Shown here in pieces: positions 29,623-42,809 of a stretch of DNA of 64,000 nt; position 1 is the stretch's first letter; each line of letters begins with the position of its first letter. The notes below the pieces were generated by a model. It worked only from the letters and a program-made list of their open reading frames with translations, searched no databases and was not told where the DNA came from. Source of the stretch: Octopus sinensis. Lineage: Eukaryota. The DNA is taken from the NCBI RefSeq assembly GCF_006345805.1, contig NC_043002.1, forward strand, positions 62,434,001 to 62,498,000, given 5' to 3'. The position numbers and the translations under genes are program-made.

Positions 29623-30629
29623 TATCTGATATCGTCGCTCGGTTTAATACTTTTACTTCTCATTTAGCCCTCCTCAGTAGAGTCCATTCTGTTGTATCCA
29701 TTCAGATGAACCCTCCGCTTTCAAGATCTCTAACTTGCTCAAATCACGGAGTCTCTGCAAAAGGACAGCGATCACGGAGTCTCTGCATAAGGATGGCAAT
29801 TATAATTAAGTGATGGAAATAAATTATATGATTTTGAGTGTAGATTGGAAATTTTGTGTATATTACAATTGCTATTCGAAATGCTTAATTTGGACTGAAA
29901 AAGCATAAAATTTGAAACTGGTGGTTACTTCGTATTCGATTTCAAAAGCTACTGCACTTCTTTTGATGTCTGATGGGGTTATCGTTTTTACAGAAAAATC
30001 ACTTCTGTTGGTCTTCAGAGTGTTTCTACTGCAGGACTTTAGATAAATCCTGTTCTTTATGTGAGTTCGCATGCGGCTGAATACTTAAAAGCCGGATTTT
30101 GAAACACCAGGTGTTCCAATTGGCCCTTAGTGTTTTAAAAACATATTTCCGGAAAAAATGAAATAGCTCCAGCAATTAATTGATTTTGCTAAGAACACAC
30201 ATTCGTGTTCACCAATGACAAAATACAACAGCAATTAGAATATTCAGGTTCGAATATACTTGAAGGTAATAAAACTGAATGGGTGTATGCATATATATGC
30301 ATAAACTCAGACACACGCACGCATATATATGTGAGTGTATGTGCGGGCGTGGCATCTGTGTGGTGTGCATGTGCGTGCGTAGTGTGTGTGTGTGTGTGTG
30401 TGTGTGCATATGTGGTTCAAATAATGTGTGCGTATATGTGTGGTCTGAGTATGTGTGTGTGCGGGCACGCAGTCGTTCTGATCGTCACTTCTGACAGTGC
30501 ACATGATATTATATCGATTGGCAAATATCAGTGCGCGTCAGAAGACATTTCCTTTGCTGAAATTATAAGAGCTTGAGGCATTTCTTATATCCATAATACA
30601 ATTTGTATTACATTTTGAAATCTCCCTCC

Positions 30630-30992
30630 ATTTTCTCTGTTGGTTACGACGACGGTTCAATTTGATCCAATTAACGGAACAGCTGGCTCATGAAATTAAC
30701 GTGCAAGTGTCTGTGCACTCCACAGACACGTGTACTCTTGACGTAGTTCTCGGGAAGATTTTAACAAGGTTGGCCCTTTGAAATACAGGTACAACAGAAA
30801 CAGGAAGAAACAATGAGAGAAAGTTGTGGTGAAAGAGTTCAGCAGGGTTCGCCATCATCCCTTGTCGGAACCTCGTGTAGTTTTCGGTACTTCCACTCAA
30901 TAAACACTCACAGCGAAACATTTGGGAATTGAAACCTCGATCCTACGACTGCGAGTCCGCTGCCCTGACCACTGACCCACTGCAGCTCCACT
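30630..30992 (-). mobile_element. SINE family C (tail type 3)
   Basis: Head GTGGAGCTGCAGTGGGTCAGTGGTCAGGGCAGCGGACTCGC, same body, different tail. Confidence 0.8.
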
Positions 30993-31320
30993 CATTTGAA
31001 ATAGTCTTTACATTATAAAGTATTTGCGAGTAGAATGAGGTTGTACATGCTGCGTTGGGAGTACTGGACGAAAACTCACAGAAGCATCACCGTTCATATT
31101 TCAAAGTACGAAGAGTAATAATCTGCATTTAAAACTCTTAAAATTTTCACGGAGAAGCTTTTGAAGTTGCAATTTAGTAAACTTATCTTCTTCCAAATAC
31201 ACGTTCTTCTGCATGTCAGTATGTGTTCATGTGTGAAAAATGAGAGAGAGAGAGAGATGTGCTTTGTTTGAAGGAAGTAAGAGAGGAGATGTTATCTATG
31301 GTAATATTGTTTATTACATC

Positions 31321-31945
31321 AAGGTCACGAGCTGGCGGAAACGCTTACCCGGGAGAAATGCTGAGCAGTATTTGGTCTGTCTTTACGTTCCGAGTTCAAA
31401 TTCCCTAGAGGTCGGCTTTGCCTTTCATCCTTTCGGAGTCGATAAATTAAGTACTGGATGCGAACTGGGGTCGATTTAATCGACTGACTCCCTCCCCCAA
31501 AATTTCGGGCCTTGTACCTAGAGTAGAAAAGAATATTGTTTATTACACCAAGGCGGCGAGCTAGCAGAAGCGTTAGCACGCCGGGCGAAATGCTTACCGG
31601 TATTTCGTCTGCCGCTACGTTCTGAGTTCAAATTCCTCCGAGGTCGACTTTGCTTTTCATCCTTTCGGGGTCGATTAAATAGGTACCAGTTACCCACTGG
31701 GATCGATATAATCGACTTAATCCGTTTGTCTGTCCTTGTTCGTCCCCTCTGTGTTTAGCTCCTTGTGGGTAGTAAAGAAATAGGTATTTCGTCTGTCTTC
31801 ATGCTCTGAGTTCAAATTCCGCCCAGGTTGACTTTACCTTTCATCCTTTCTGGGTCGATAAATTAAGTACCAGTCGCGTACTGAGGTCGATCTTATCGAC
31901 TAGCCCCCACCCACCCCAGAAGCTTTGAGACCTTCTGACTAGACT
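31321..31945 (+). mobile_element. Cluster of SINE family B copies (one monomer, one dimeric copy)
   Basis: Three GAGTTCAAATTCC..CTTTCATCCTTTC.G.GTCGAT.AA.TA.GTAC blocks at ~31390, 31625 and 31810. Confidence 0.88.
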
Positions 31946-32201
31946 AGAAAAGAGTAAACAGCGTAACTATTTTTCATAGCAAAATCTCTGAATTGTTTAT
32001 TTCCATATTTTTCTTGAGATTGCAGACACCTAATTTTCGACGAAGCGTTTTTCAGACATAGAAAATATATGTGAATTATGAAGCTTCCATATCTGTGCGT
32101 CGTTGTGTTTGTAAGAGCCGCAGAGTAAGAGAGAAAGAGAGGGACAGAACGACGAAGAGACACAGAGACACACAAACACCAAGTCCATATATCTATACAT
32201 G

Positions 32202-32232
<31 letters not shown>

Positions 32233-32339
32233 GTGTGTGTGTGTGAGTGTGTAGATATATGTATTGTATATTCTTCTGCTTATTTTAGTCGTTTGACTGC
32301 GGCCATGCTAGTGCACTGCCTGATGTAAATATGAGTGTA

Positions 32340-33600
<1,261 letters not shown>

Positions 33601-34077
33601 GTGAGCATGAATGCGTTTATGTATGTCGAGAGAGCGAGAAGAGAAGGAAGAATGAGAGAGAATGGTACTGTTGCGACGAAGACACAAGGAAGACAATTCT
33701 TTTGTTCTGCAAAATTCTCCAATATTTAGTAATTACTTAATCAACACTGCAGCCATTTGAACTACGAATGAGATGTGAGGTATGTATATTCATCTTTTAT
33801 TGACTTACATCTTAAAAGACGTAGTCCACCAATCAAGTAATTGATGCGACATGCTCGAAGCGTCGTACGGCTTTGAACGGCCGACAACACTGGAACCATT
33901 GTGAATGTTTTATTAACACGTTCTAGAAGGACTGCAATGGTTTCTTATAATATGGTGAACGAAACTGTAGTACGACCCATGATCATCTTAATCCCTTTGT
34001 GACTTGGGTGACAAATGTTCCTGATATTTTCCAGAATACATGCGAACAATATATATCAGAAAAAGGTGGGGTAGATA

Positions 34078-34288
34078 TTCTTTTACTCTTTTACTTGTTT
34101 CAGTCATTTCACTGCCGCCATGGAATTATTATTTGTAAGCTTTTTACCTATTCTATCTGTACTTTTGCCGAACCGCTATGTTACGGGGACGTACACATAC
34201 CTGCAAACTTGTCAAGCGATGGTAGGGGGACAGACAGACACATATATATATTAATATAAATATATATATATATATATATTGATATATA

Positions 34289-34375
<87 letters not shown>

Positions 34376-34822
34376 CAATAATAAATCTCTGATTCGTAAC
34401 GAGATAAAAGAAAACAAGGCTGAGTAGATTTTAGAACATTTATAGCTGGATGTTACAGCCGTTTGCAGGATATTAATTATATCCCTTCATCGAAGACGGT
34501 GTGAGAGAATAGTTAAGTAACAGTTAATTTAGATATGATACAAAATATACAGTGAGGTGGAGGAAAGAAAATAGATGTGAGATATGTAGGGATATTGAAT
34601 TTATAGATCCATTACTTAGGCAAAATGGTATACATGCAAGATTCCAATACTTTATGAATAAAATAGGTATATACGACGGGCTTCTTTCAGTTTCCGTCTA
34701 CCAAATCCACTCACAAGGTTTTAGTCGGCCCGAGGCTATATTAGAAGACATTTGCCCAAGGTACCACGTAACGGGGCTGAAACTGAAACCATGTGGTTGG
34801 TAACCAAACTACTTACCACACA
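34078..34822 (-). mobile_element. SINE family A split by an insertion in its internal microsatellite
   Basis: 3' half 34078-34240, 5' half 34668-34822, foreign sequence and (TA)n between. Confidence 0.75.
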
Positions 34823-34959
34823 TCCTATAGGAACCTATTTGGTAGACATTTATAGACCTGCAAAGTCATTTGACACCTTACTGTCTCTGTACAATTCTAA
34901 ATGTATACTGATTGAAATTACCTGATGTGTACAATGAGACACAAGATGTTAATAGTGCG

Positions 34960-35150
34960 AAGGTGTGTGGCGAAGTGAGTAGAGTATTCTACACATGATT
35001 CTTAGGTCGTGAGTTCAAAATCAGGCGCTTCGTTGAGTCTTTGAGCAAGACACTTTATTTCACGTTGCTCCAGTCTGTATTTCAAGGAGCGAGCCTTAGT
35101 TATGCGTGTCTGTGGGCGCTTAGTCACTTGCACGTTAATTTCACGAACGG
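34960..35150 (+). mobile_element. tRNA-derived SINE family D, degenerate
   Basis: GAGTTCAAAATC..TTGAGCAAGACACTTTATTTCACGTTGCTCCAGTC..CACTTGCACGTTAATTTCACGA. Confidence 0.65.
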
Positions 35151-35738
35151 GAAAACACGTCCTGGTAATAGACGAAGTGAGAGTTAATACTATTGACTCA
35201 TTGACTCTTTGGAGATAAGACTAAAAAAGATATTCGAAATAAAATATGAATTCTTATTCATGAATTCCAAACGATCCTTGCTATAACATGTATGGGGCAG
35301 AATCCAAGGAATTTTAATATGTTTACCTAGAAGTTCTAAAAATTTATTTGGGGTCATTTTCTAAACATATTCCTACCACCTGACTGGAAGGCACGAAAAG
35401 AAGTCTAACAGCTAGAAGCCATCTTGAATTTGTTTCAAATCACAGCTCTCTGAACACTTTATGAGATGCATGGACTTATGCATCCACAGATCTTTCAGTC
35501 ATGGGAATGTGACACAAAATGTTGAAACTATATATATATATATCGCTCCAACCAATATGTGTTGAAAACCAAACATTTATGTCTACTCATTTGCATGCAC
35601 ACACACACACAATGGCGCACGCGCACAACATATATATACATACATACATTTATACATACGTAGATATGTGTGTGCGTATACATATACATACATATATATA
35701 TAATATATATATGTGTGTGTGTGTGTATGTAGGTATTA

Positions 35739-35770
<32 letters not shown>

Positions 35771-35810
35771 TATGTGTGTGTGTGTGTATGTAGGTATTAA
35801 TATATATATA

Positions 35811-35852
<42 letters not shown>

Positions 35853-35877
35853 CATACGCATAAACATATATATATGC

Positions 35878-36038
35878 AGGATGGGCTTCTTTCAGTTTCC
35901 GTCTATCAAATCAATTCTAAAACCCTTGTTCGGCCGAGGCTATAGTAGAAGACACTTGCGCAAGGTGTCACGCTGTGGGGCTCAGCCCGGAAAATTGTGG
36001 TTGGGAAGCAAGCTACTACCACACAGTCACTCCTGTCC
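35878..36038 (-). mobile_element. SINE family A 5' half
   Basis: GGGCTTCTTTCAGTTTCCGTCTA..AAGCTACTACCACACAGTCACTCCTG. Confidence 0.8.
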
Positions 36039-36039
36039 C

Positions 36040-36129
<90 letters not shown>

Positions 36130-37319
36130 TTATGTATGTATGTCCAACGATAAAATGAGCGCTCAATACCGCATTGGTGGCTTCAATTTCTTTATTTGTG
36201 AAATAAGTCTACCATTGGATTCATCTTAAGAAAATTAGGAAAAACTTGTGAAGACACTCGGATATCTTCCTAATTTTCTTAACATGAAATCTATGGTAAA
36301 CCTTCATTCACGAATAAAGAAAATATGTGTTTGTGTGTGTGTCTGTGTGTGTGTGTATTATACCTGCTGTTTGTGTTTGAGCGCACTAAGAATATATGCC
36401 ATTTAAGATATGTAATTACAATTGGTGAAAAATCTTTTGCGTAATGTTAGTTATAAACATTTAGAAAACATTCATAATATTATAGAAGTTCCTACGAAGA
36501 AATATAATTTACTGTTTGAAAATATTTCAATGTTCAAGAGATCACTCTGTCAGATCTTGATATATTAAACATATCTATTAACGTAACTACGCGTGAGCGC
36601 GTGATGCATTAGAATGTTTTTGTATTTTAATACCTATATATATTTGAATTTATGTTGGTAAATATATATATGTGGAGGGGTTTCATGTTTGTCAGTGCGT
36701 GTGTAAATCTGTGCATTAACATAGATAAACTTGCATAAAATCTATAAAAGAATCTATACATGCATACTTTGCTGGTACTGTTTGCTTTATATATATATAT
36801 ATATACATGTATGTGTGTGTATGCTTACACTTTTATGCTCATAATTACGTATATACATATATATTAATTTTACCATTATGGAACAGTACACTATATATAT
36901 ATATATATATATATCTATATATATCTATATATATATATATATATATATAACTTGGAAAAGGATGTGTGGCCTTTCGATCATATAATAACATAAATAATAT
37001 ATAAATATATATGCATATATACATACATATATGTACATAAATCCATATATATGTATGTATATATATATTATATATATATATATATATATAGTCCCTTTGA
37101 AAATGCTGTTATTCGTGGTTTAGGCTTTAACTGCCCTTTCTAGCATGAAAAGTTTTCTGTTAAAAGTCACCTCTTTCTTGTATAAAACATAAATTGTTTG
37201 TACACTATTATGTAAGAAAATCTCTCTTGACTTGATTACGCATGCCAGCCGCCGGTATGAAACTTTTTCTAAATTTTCTGCCGTTATTATATATATACAT
37301 ACGTATATATATATCTATA

Positions 37320-38651
37320 AGTGGTGGGTACAGCTAATCTGCTCGCAACCTAAGAAAGATTGGTTCGCAAATGTTACTCTGCTAAACAGGTCAAACAATT
37401 ATCGGAATCAAACGCTAACTTTTATCATATGAATTTAGTTTCGGTTTAGATTTTTGGCTCTAAGCCCCTTTAAAACAGACTTAAATAGTCGAAATTTTCA
37501 GGTTGTTCTTTAGACATAGAGCTTTTCAATGCCAAGGCGAGGTGAGTACCAAATAATTAAGTGAACAAATGAAATTAAAGATTTGTTTTTCTGTTAGCTT
37601 ACATTTTATTTACTGTACAATATTATTAAACGAATAAATAAGGTATAGTATAGCATAGGTATCATGCCAAGATCAGATGATGATCAAAGTGTACTACTCT
37701 GGTTGGGCCTCCTCCTTCGCCTCGACATGATGCTGGTTGCCCTTCATAAACATCAGCCTCTCAAAGTTACCATCTGACAGGGTGGCTCTCCTGGCCCTCA
37801 AAATATTTTTGCCTATAGAGAATAGGCTTTCAACTGCGTTACTGGATGGGATGGCGGTGTTTTACTTGGTGAACAGGTCTTGATCGACCTGTTCGCCCAT
37901 TAAGATGATTGAAGTCAGGACCTCCTTCGAGACGGCCGCCAACCAGATCTTCACCAAGTTCTGGGCCTTAAACTCCTGTGACCTGTGGCTTCTGTTCTCC
38001 CAGAACCGAGTGATGTTGCTGAAGAAATCATCTTCCGCATCCTAATTGCTGGTGGTGCTACAGCCCACCTTACTGATCTCCGTTAGAGCTGCCCTATACG
38101 ACGGTCTTCAAGGCGTCCGTTACTCTGCTAACCTGGCTGTTATTATACTGCTCCAGCCAGAACAGGTGAAACTGGGGGGTGAAAGGCAGCGGCTAGCTGG
38201 TACTCCAGGTCTTCTAAGAGGAGCCCAAATATTTTCGTGGTGTCTGCCAGCATCGCATCTGCCAGAAGACTGCGGTACAGGTGATGTTTGAACTTGGCTT
38301 CCTTCAACTTTTTGATGGTAGCGGCTACAGTTGGCAGAAGGCTCCCGATCTAGGCGTGGTCCTCCACCTTGAATTTATCCAAAGTCTTGACAACATTAGA
38401 CATCACCTGAGCGTGTTCCTCCGGGAAACCGATAGCAGGTTCAGTGAAAGTCTACTCAGCCAATAGCATGCTTGACGAGCTCTTCGAGATACACCGAGAA
38501 AAGACATGAACAAACATCTGAATTTTGTTAGCGGACTTAAAGTTAGCGGAGGCTAACGGTTTCCAAAGTAACAAAAACGCTAATCTGCTAAACAGAAAGT
38601 TAACTTCGCTAATTATCTGTTAAAAGATTAGCGGAACAGTGCCCACCAGTG
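37320..38651 (-). mobile_element. hAT DNA transposon, internally deleted
   Basis: TIRs AGTGGTGGGTACAG / CAGTGCCCACCAGTG; 8-bp TSD TATCTATA/TATTTATA; minus strand VMSNVVKTLDKF..IGSLLPTV and dimerization motif NTAIPSSNAVESLFSIGKNILRARRATLSDGNFERLMFMKGN; subterminal GCTAA repeats. Confidence 0.9.
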
Positions 38652-39488
38652 TATTTATATATATATAACTGGAAGTAAAATAACAAACTGAAGTGTGGCT
38701 TTTGCGCTAGTAAGCCATTATTTGATTAGAATGAGAGTGAAATTGTTTCCGATCGTTTCTGCTTGCCATGGTGAGTAAAATATATATTTATATATTTGCA
38801 TCTTAGACATCGTCAGAACAAAGCAGTCAGAGGTAGAGAAAAGAAGAGCGAAAGATCAAGGGTTACATCGGAAAAGAGACGATTAAAGATTCGAGTGTCC
38901 TACATTCTAGTTAGGTTCACAGTTCGTTAAGTCCGTTGTGATGTGGATGAAGAATATAAGTTAGTTGTATCTGTGGTCTCATAGTTATCCAGTGGCATAT
39001 ACATATATGCCATATGTATGTATTATGTATTTATAGGTCTATGTGTGTGTGTGTATGTATATATCTGCTTATGGGGGCTAGTGATTAAACCTATAAGCCT
39101 TGTCATGTTTCCATGTCCAAAATATAACAGTAGCAAATGAACGTCAGCTTTTACGTGTATATTTCGAAGTTCACGGCTCTGAATTAAGGTGCAATGTACT
39201 CATAAAATATGCTAATATATTAAAGACAGCTTGTAAATTGTAACATCCTAAACTCTGATGGTTATATTAAGACTATCGATAATGGAGTATAATGGAGAAA
39301 CAGTCAGACCTAAAATGAATTACGCTTAAATTTGTCAGTAAGAAAATATCTCGAAAAACATTGATAAACATTGGGCCCCTCTCATATGTTGTCAGACCAA
39401 GGAATGATTTTTTATCATGTTGCCCTTTATCTTGAAAATTTGTGGGTGCCACAAAGGAAAATAATATGATACATACTAGAGCATCGCT

Positions 39489-39800
39489 GTGGAGGCACAT
39501 GGCCTAGTAGTTAGAGCAGCGCACATACGGTCGATGGATCGTGGGTTCGAATCTTAGACCGGGCGATGTGTGTGTTTACGGGCGAAACACCTAAGCTCCA
39601 CGTGGCTCCGGCAGAAGGCAACGGTGAACTTCTGCTGACTCTTTCGCCACAACTTTCTCTCACTCTTTCCTCCTGCATCTTGCAGCTCACCTGCGACGGA
39701 CCGGCGTCCCGTCCAGGTGGGGAACCTATACGCCAAGAAACCGGGAAACCGGCCCTTATGAGCCAGGCATGGCTTGAGAAGTAACAAACAACAACAAACA
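39489..39800 (+). mobile_element. tRNA-derived SINE family C (tail type 1), full length
   Basis: A box TGGCCTAGTAG, B box GGTTCGAATC, (AAC)n tail, perfect 11-bp TSD AGAGCATCGCT (39478-39488, 39801-39811). Confidence 0.92.
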
Positions 39801-40868
39801 AGAGCATCGCTTGAGCAAATATTGTTTGCTAACAAAGCACAATGCCATCTGATTTAATCTGCTCTGTAATCTAAGTGGTTCATCCAATATTTACGAAGCA
39901 TTAATAACATGGGTACAAGGGCATTTCTCTTTTCGTGAGAGGTATTACAAATTATTTAACAGGAATACTTTGAAAGTTATCTACAGCTGCGTGATCAATA
40001 TGATGAATTGCGTTTCCTACGACAGAAAAGTAAATTATGGATGCTCTAAATTGCATTCGTCAGTAAATGAAATTGCCCTCTAGATCTTAAGCTTCACATC
40101 AATGCTTTGAGTTACTTTGACAAAGTGTATTTAGCTGACCATAGCTAAAATAAATTTCTAGAGCATCTAGATCACAATGTATATGCACCACTGAAAACTC
40201 TTTCATCCTGACGATTTCTGTCAACTTGTTGAAGTAAACGAATAACCTAGTTTCAAAATGCTTTCAATAAAAAGAAGGAAAAGAAATGTATCTTTCTTAG
40301 GTACTGAATAAACTTTTTGCGTGAAATTTCTTTGAAATACTTGTTTTCAAATTTCTTTTAGAACTTCTTTGAAGATCTACAGATATCTAACGTATATTAG
40401 TAGTCCTCCTTCCTAACAAAAACAAAGTGCCGAAGGCTCGCTGGTAACTCATTTGACATATGACAGAAAGCTGTTAACAATCGGTATAATTTTTACGTGG
40501 AAAAAATACTTGAATTTATCTACCGAATCTTGCGGTAGTTTTCGCTTTATTTTATATTACACTATACATTTATTTAAGCACCCTCATAATATGCCTGTCG
40601 TATCTTACAACTTCTTTGCGTAATCTATTTTTTACGCAATATTTTTCTTACAATGTGTTTTCTGCATCATCTTTCATTAAACACGTTTTTGTTTTGTCTC
40701 ACTGATTATTCCATTCTTTTTTCCCTTTTTCCTTCAAAAATTTATTTCATGCAGACATCCCTTTATATCATTATACTTACCTTTTCTCCTTTCGATTCTA
40801 CTATACGCATTATACTAAAACCAGTTTGTATTTTTTCCTTCATTTTTTCTCATTTTACACATTTTTTA

Positions 40869-41158
40869 ATATTGTTGTATTTAGGAATGGTCATTTTGCC
40901 AGTTTAGCCAATAAAAACGCACTATATATTTGGTGTTACTTTGCTTCAGCGTTATTTATTTTTTACATTAATCTTAATCTTATTCGGCCATCTTATTTGT
41001 GTGTCTCTCCTTACTAACCGTCAGCCATTTTGTATTTCTATTGTATGTGTCTTCATTTGCGCATGCATATATCTCTATGTTCCTCTATGTTTAGTTAGTG
41101 TGTGTGTTGGGGGAAGTAGCTAAACTGGCAAAATGACCATTCCTAAATACAACAATAT
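40869..41158. repeat. Perfect 40-bp inverted repeat around a ~210-bp spacer (MITE-like or inverted Penelope-like terminus)
   Basis: 40869-40908 is the exact reverse complement of 41119-41158; TA at both outer edges. Confidence 0.85.
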
Positions 41159-41524
41159 ATGTTTCAACACACAATTTCATATCAAAAATCATGCAAAACA
41201 AATATATAAACGTAACATTTTTTATTATTTGGATTTTTTTCTCATAAGAACTTAACAATCTTTAAAACGCATTCCTTTAATAACCAATGCAACATAATTA
41301 GTCCTAACAAAGGCGTCTTGCAACATATGTTTGAACATTTACATTCTGAGCTCAAAATCCGCAAGTGTCAAATTTGTTTTACATTACTCGGTATCAATAA
41401 ACTAGAAAACCAGTCAAGTATTTAGATAAAGTGTATAGGCTACCAACCTCCTCCACAAATTTCTGCTTATGTACATATACTAAGAACGTATTATAAATTC
41501 TAACGTGACCTTCTGACAATGATA

Positions 41525-42284
41525 CAGAGTGCGGCAAAATGATCTGACATATTTATAAGTTTAATAAAACGAAATAGAGTAAAGAACGAAAACCACGTTT
41601 TCATATACGAAATGTACATATAATGCCATTTTGTTTCATTTGGTTTTAAGAATTTCATGTGGAATGGAAGAAATTTCTTGACGAATGGCATCTTTTGATT
41701 GTTCAGTAGATTGAGGGCGATGAGTGTATACTTCTGATTTCATGTACTCCGACAGAAGAAAGAATTGCACGGGTTCAAATCAAGTGATCAGGAGGGCTAA
41801 CGGATGTCACCGCGCAATGAGATCAAATGACCGGGGTAGATCTCCCTCAAAATCCCCATCGCACGCCGAGTAGTGTGGGCTGTTGCCACATCCTGTTGAC
41901 ACCAAACATTATCCCTATCGAGTTCATTCAATTTTGGTTTCATAAAAGTCTCTAGCCTCACGCAACATCGAAAGAAGTAAGGACCCCAAAAGAGTAGGTA
42001 CGGGATCACGTCTACCTTAGCCTTAAGTGCACCGGGACGCTCTTCGTGTTGCTGTTACGGATTCGTTGTTTTTGATAAACGTTTCCACAATGAAAGCGTG
42101 ATGCTCAACCGTCCAATCCATGTTGGCAACTGAAGGTGAAATGAAACAAAATGTCACAAATTGCACCTATGGAAGCAAAATGGCATTATATGTACATTGC
42201 GAAACTAAAAACACATTTTCGTTCTTTACTCTATTTTACTTTTATTAAACCTACAAATGTGTAAGACCATTTTGCCGCAGCCTG
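41525..42284 (-). mobile_element. rosa (DD41D) Tc1/mariner-superfamily relic, internally deleted
   Basis: ~120-bp TIRs with TA TSD; N-terminus MDWTVEHHAFIVETFIKNNESV; VWCQQDVATAHT..ISLRGDIR*PS*SLDLNPCN with 41 codons between the second and third catalytic positions. Confidence 0.9.
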
Positions 42285-42507
42285 TATATCTCTCATTATA
42301 ATTAATTCAATCTGCATCTTTTTCTCGCTATTGGTCGCCAGTTGTATAACCACAAAAACCTTACACTTTATTTACTTACATTCACACACCTCGAAATTAA
42401 AACACATCTTAACATAAAACTTATTGTATTCATTAACGTGAGCTGTAGTACAGGAGTAGAAACACCTCCAAATATCTTTTATTTTCACATGCCTCTTTCA
42501 CTCCGAT

Positions 42508-42809
42508 GTGGAGGCACATGAGCTAGTGGTTAAAGCAGCAGACTCGCGGTCGAGGGATCGCGGGTTCGAATCTCACACCGGGCGATGTGTGTTTTTTATG
42601 AACAAAACACCTGTGCTCCACGCGGCTCCGGCAGAAGGTAACGGCGAACTTCTGCAGACTCTTTCTCCACAACTTTCTCTCACTCTTTCTTCCTACATCT
42701 TGAAGCTCACCTGCGACGGACCGGCGTCCCGTTCACGTGGGGAACCTATACGCCAAGGAAACCGGGAAACCGGACCTTATGAGCCAGACATGGCTCGAGA
42801 AGGAACAAA
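42508..42809 (+). mobile_element. SINE family C (tail type 1), full length
   Basis: Homologous to 39489-39800; 13-bp TSD CTTTCACTCCGAT/CTTTCGCTCCAAT. Confidence 0.9.

Noticed and set aside
29742-29800. 28-bp tandem duplication
   Set aside because: Ordinary local slippage duplication with no further structure
37513-37541. AG..GAG|GTGAGT small exon-like signal
   Set aside because: Lies inside the hAT element's terminal region
39489-39565. tRNA gene-like sequence (also 42508, 58583)
   Set aside because: Continues into SINE body and tail with TSDs; cloverleaf degenerate
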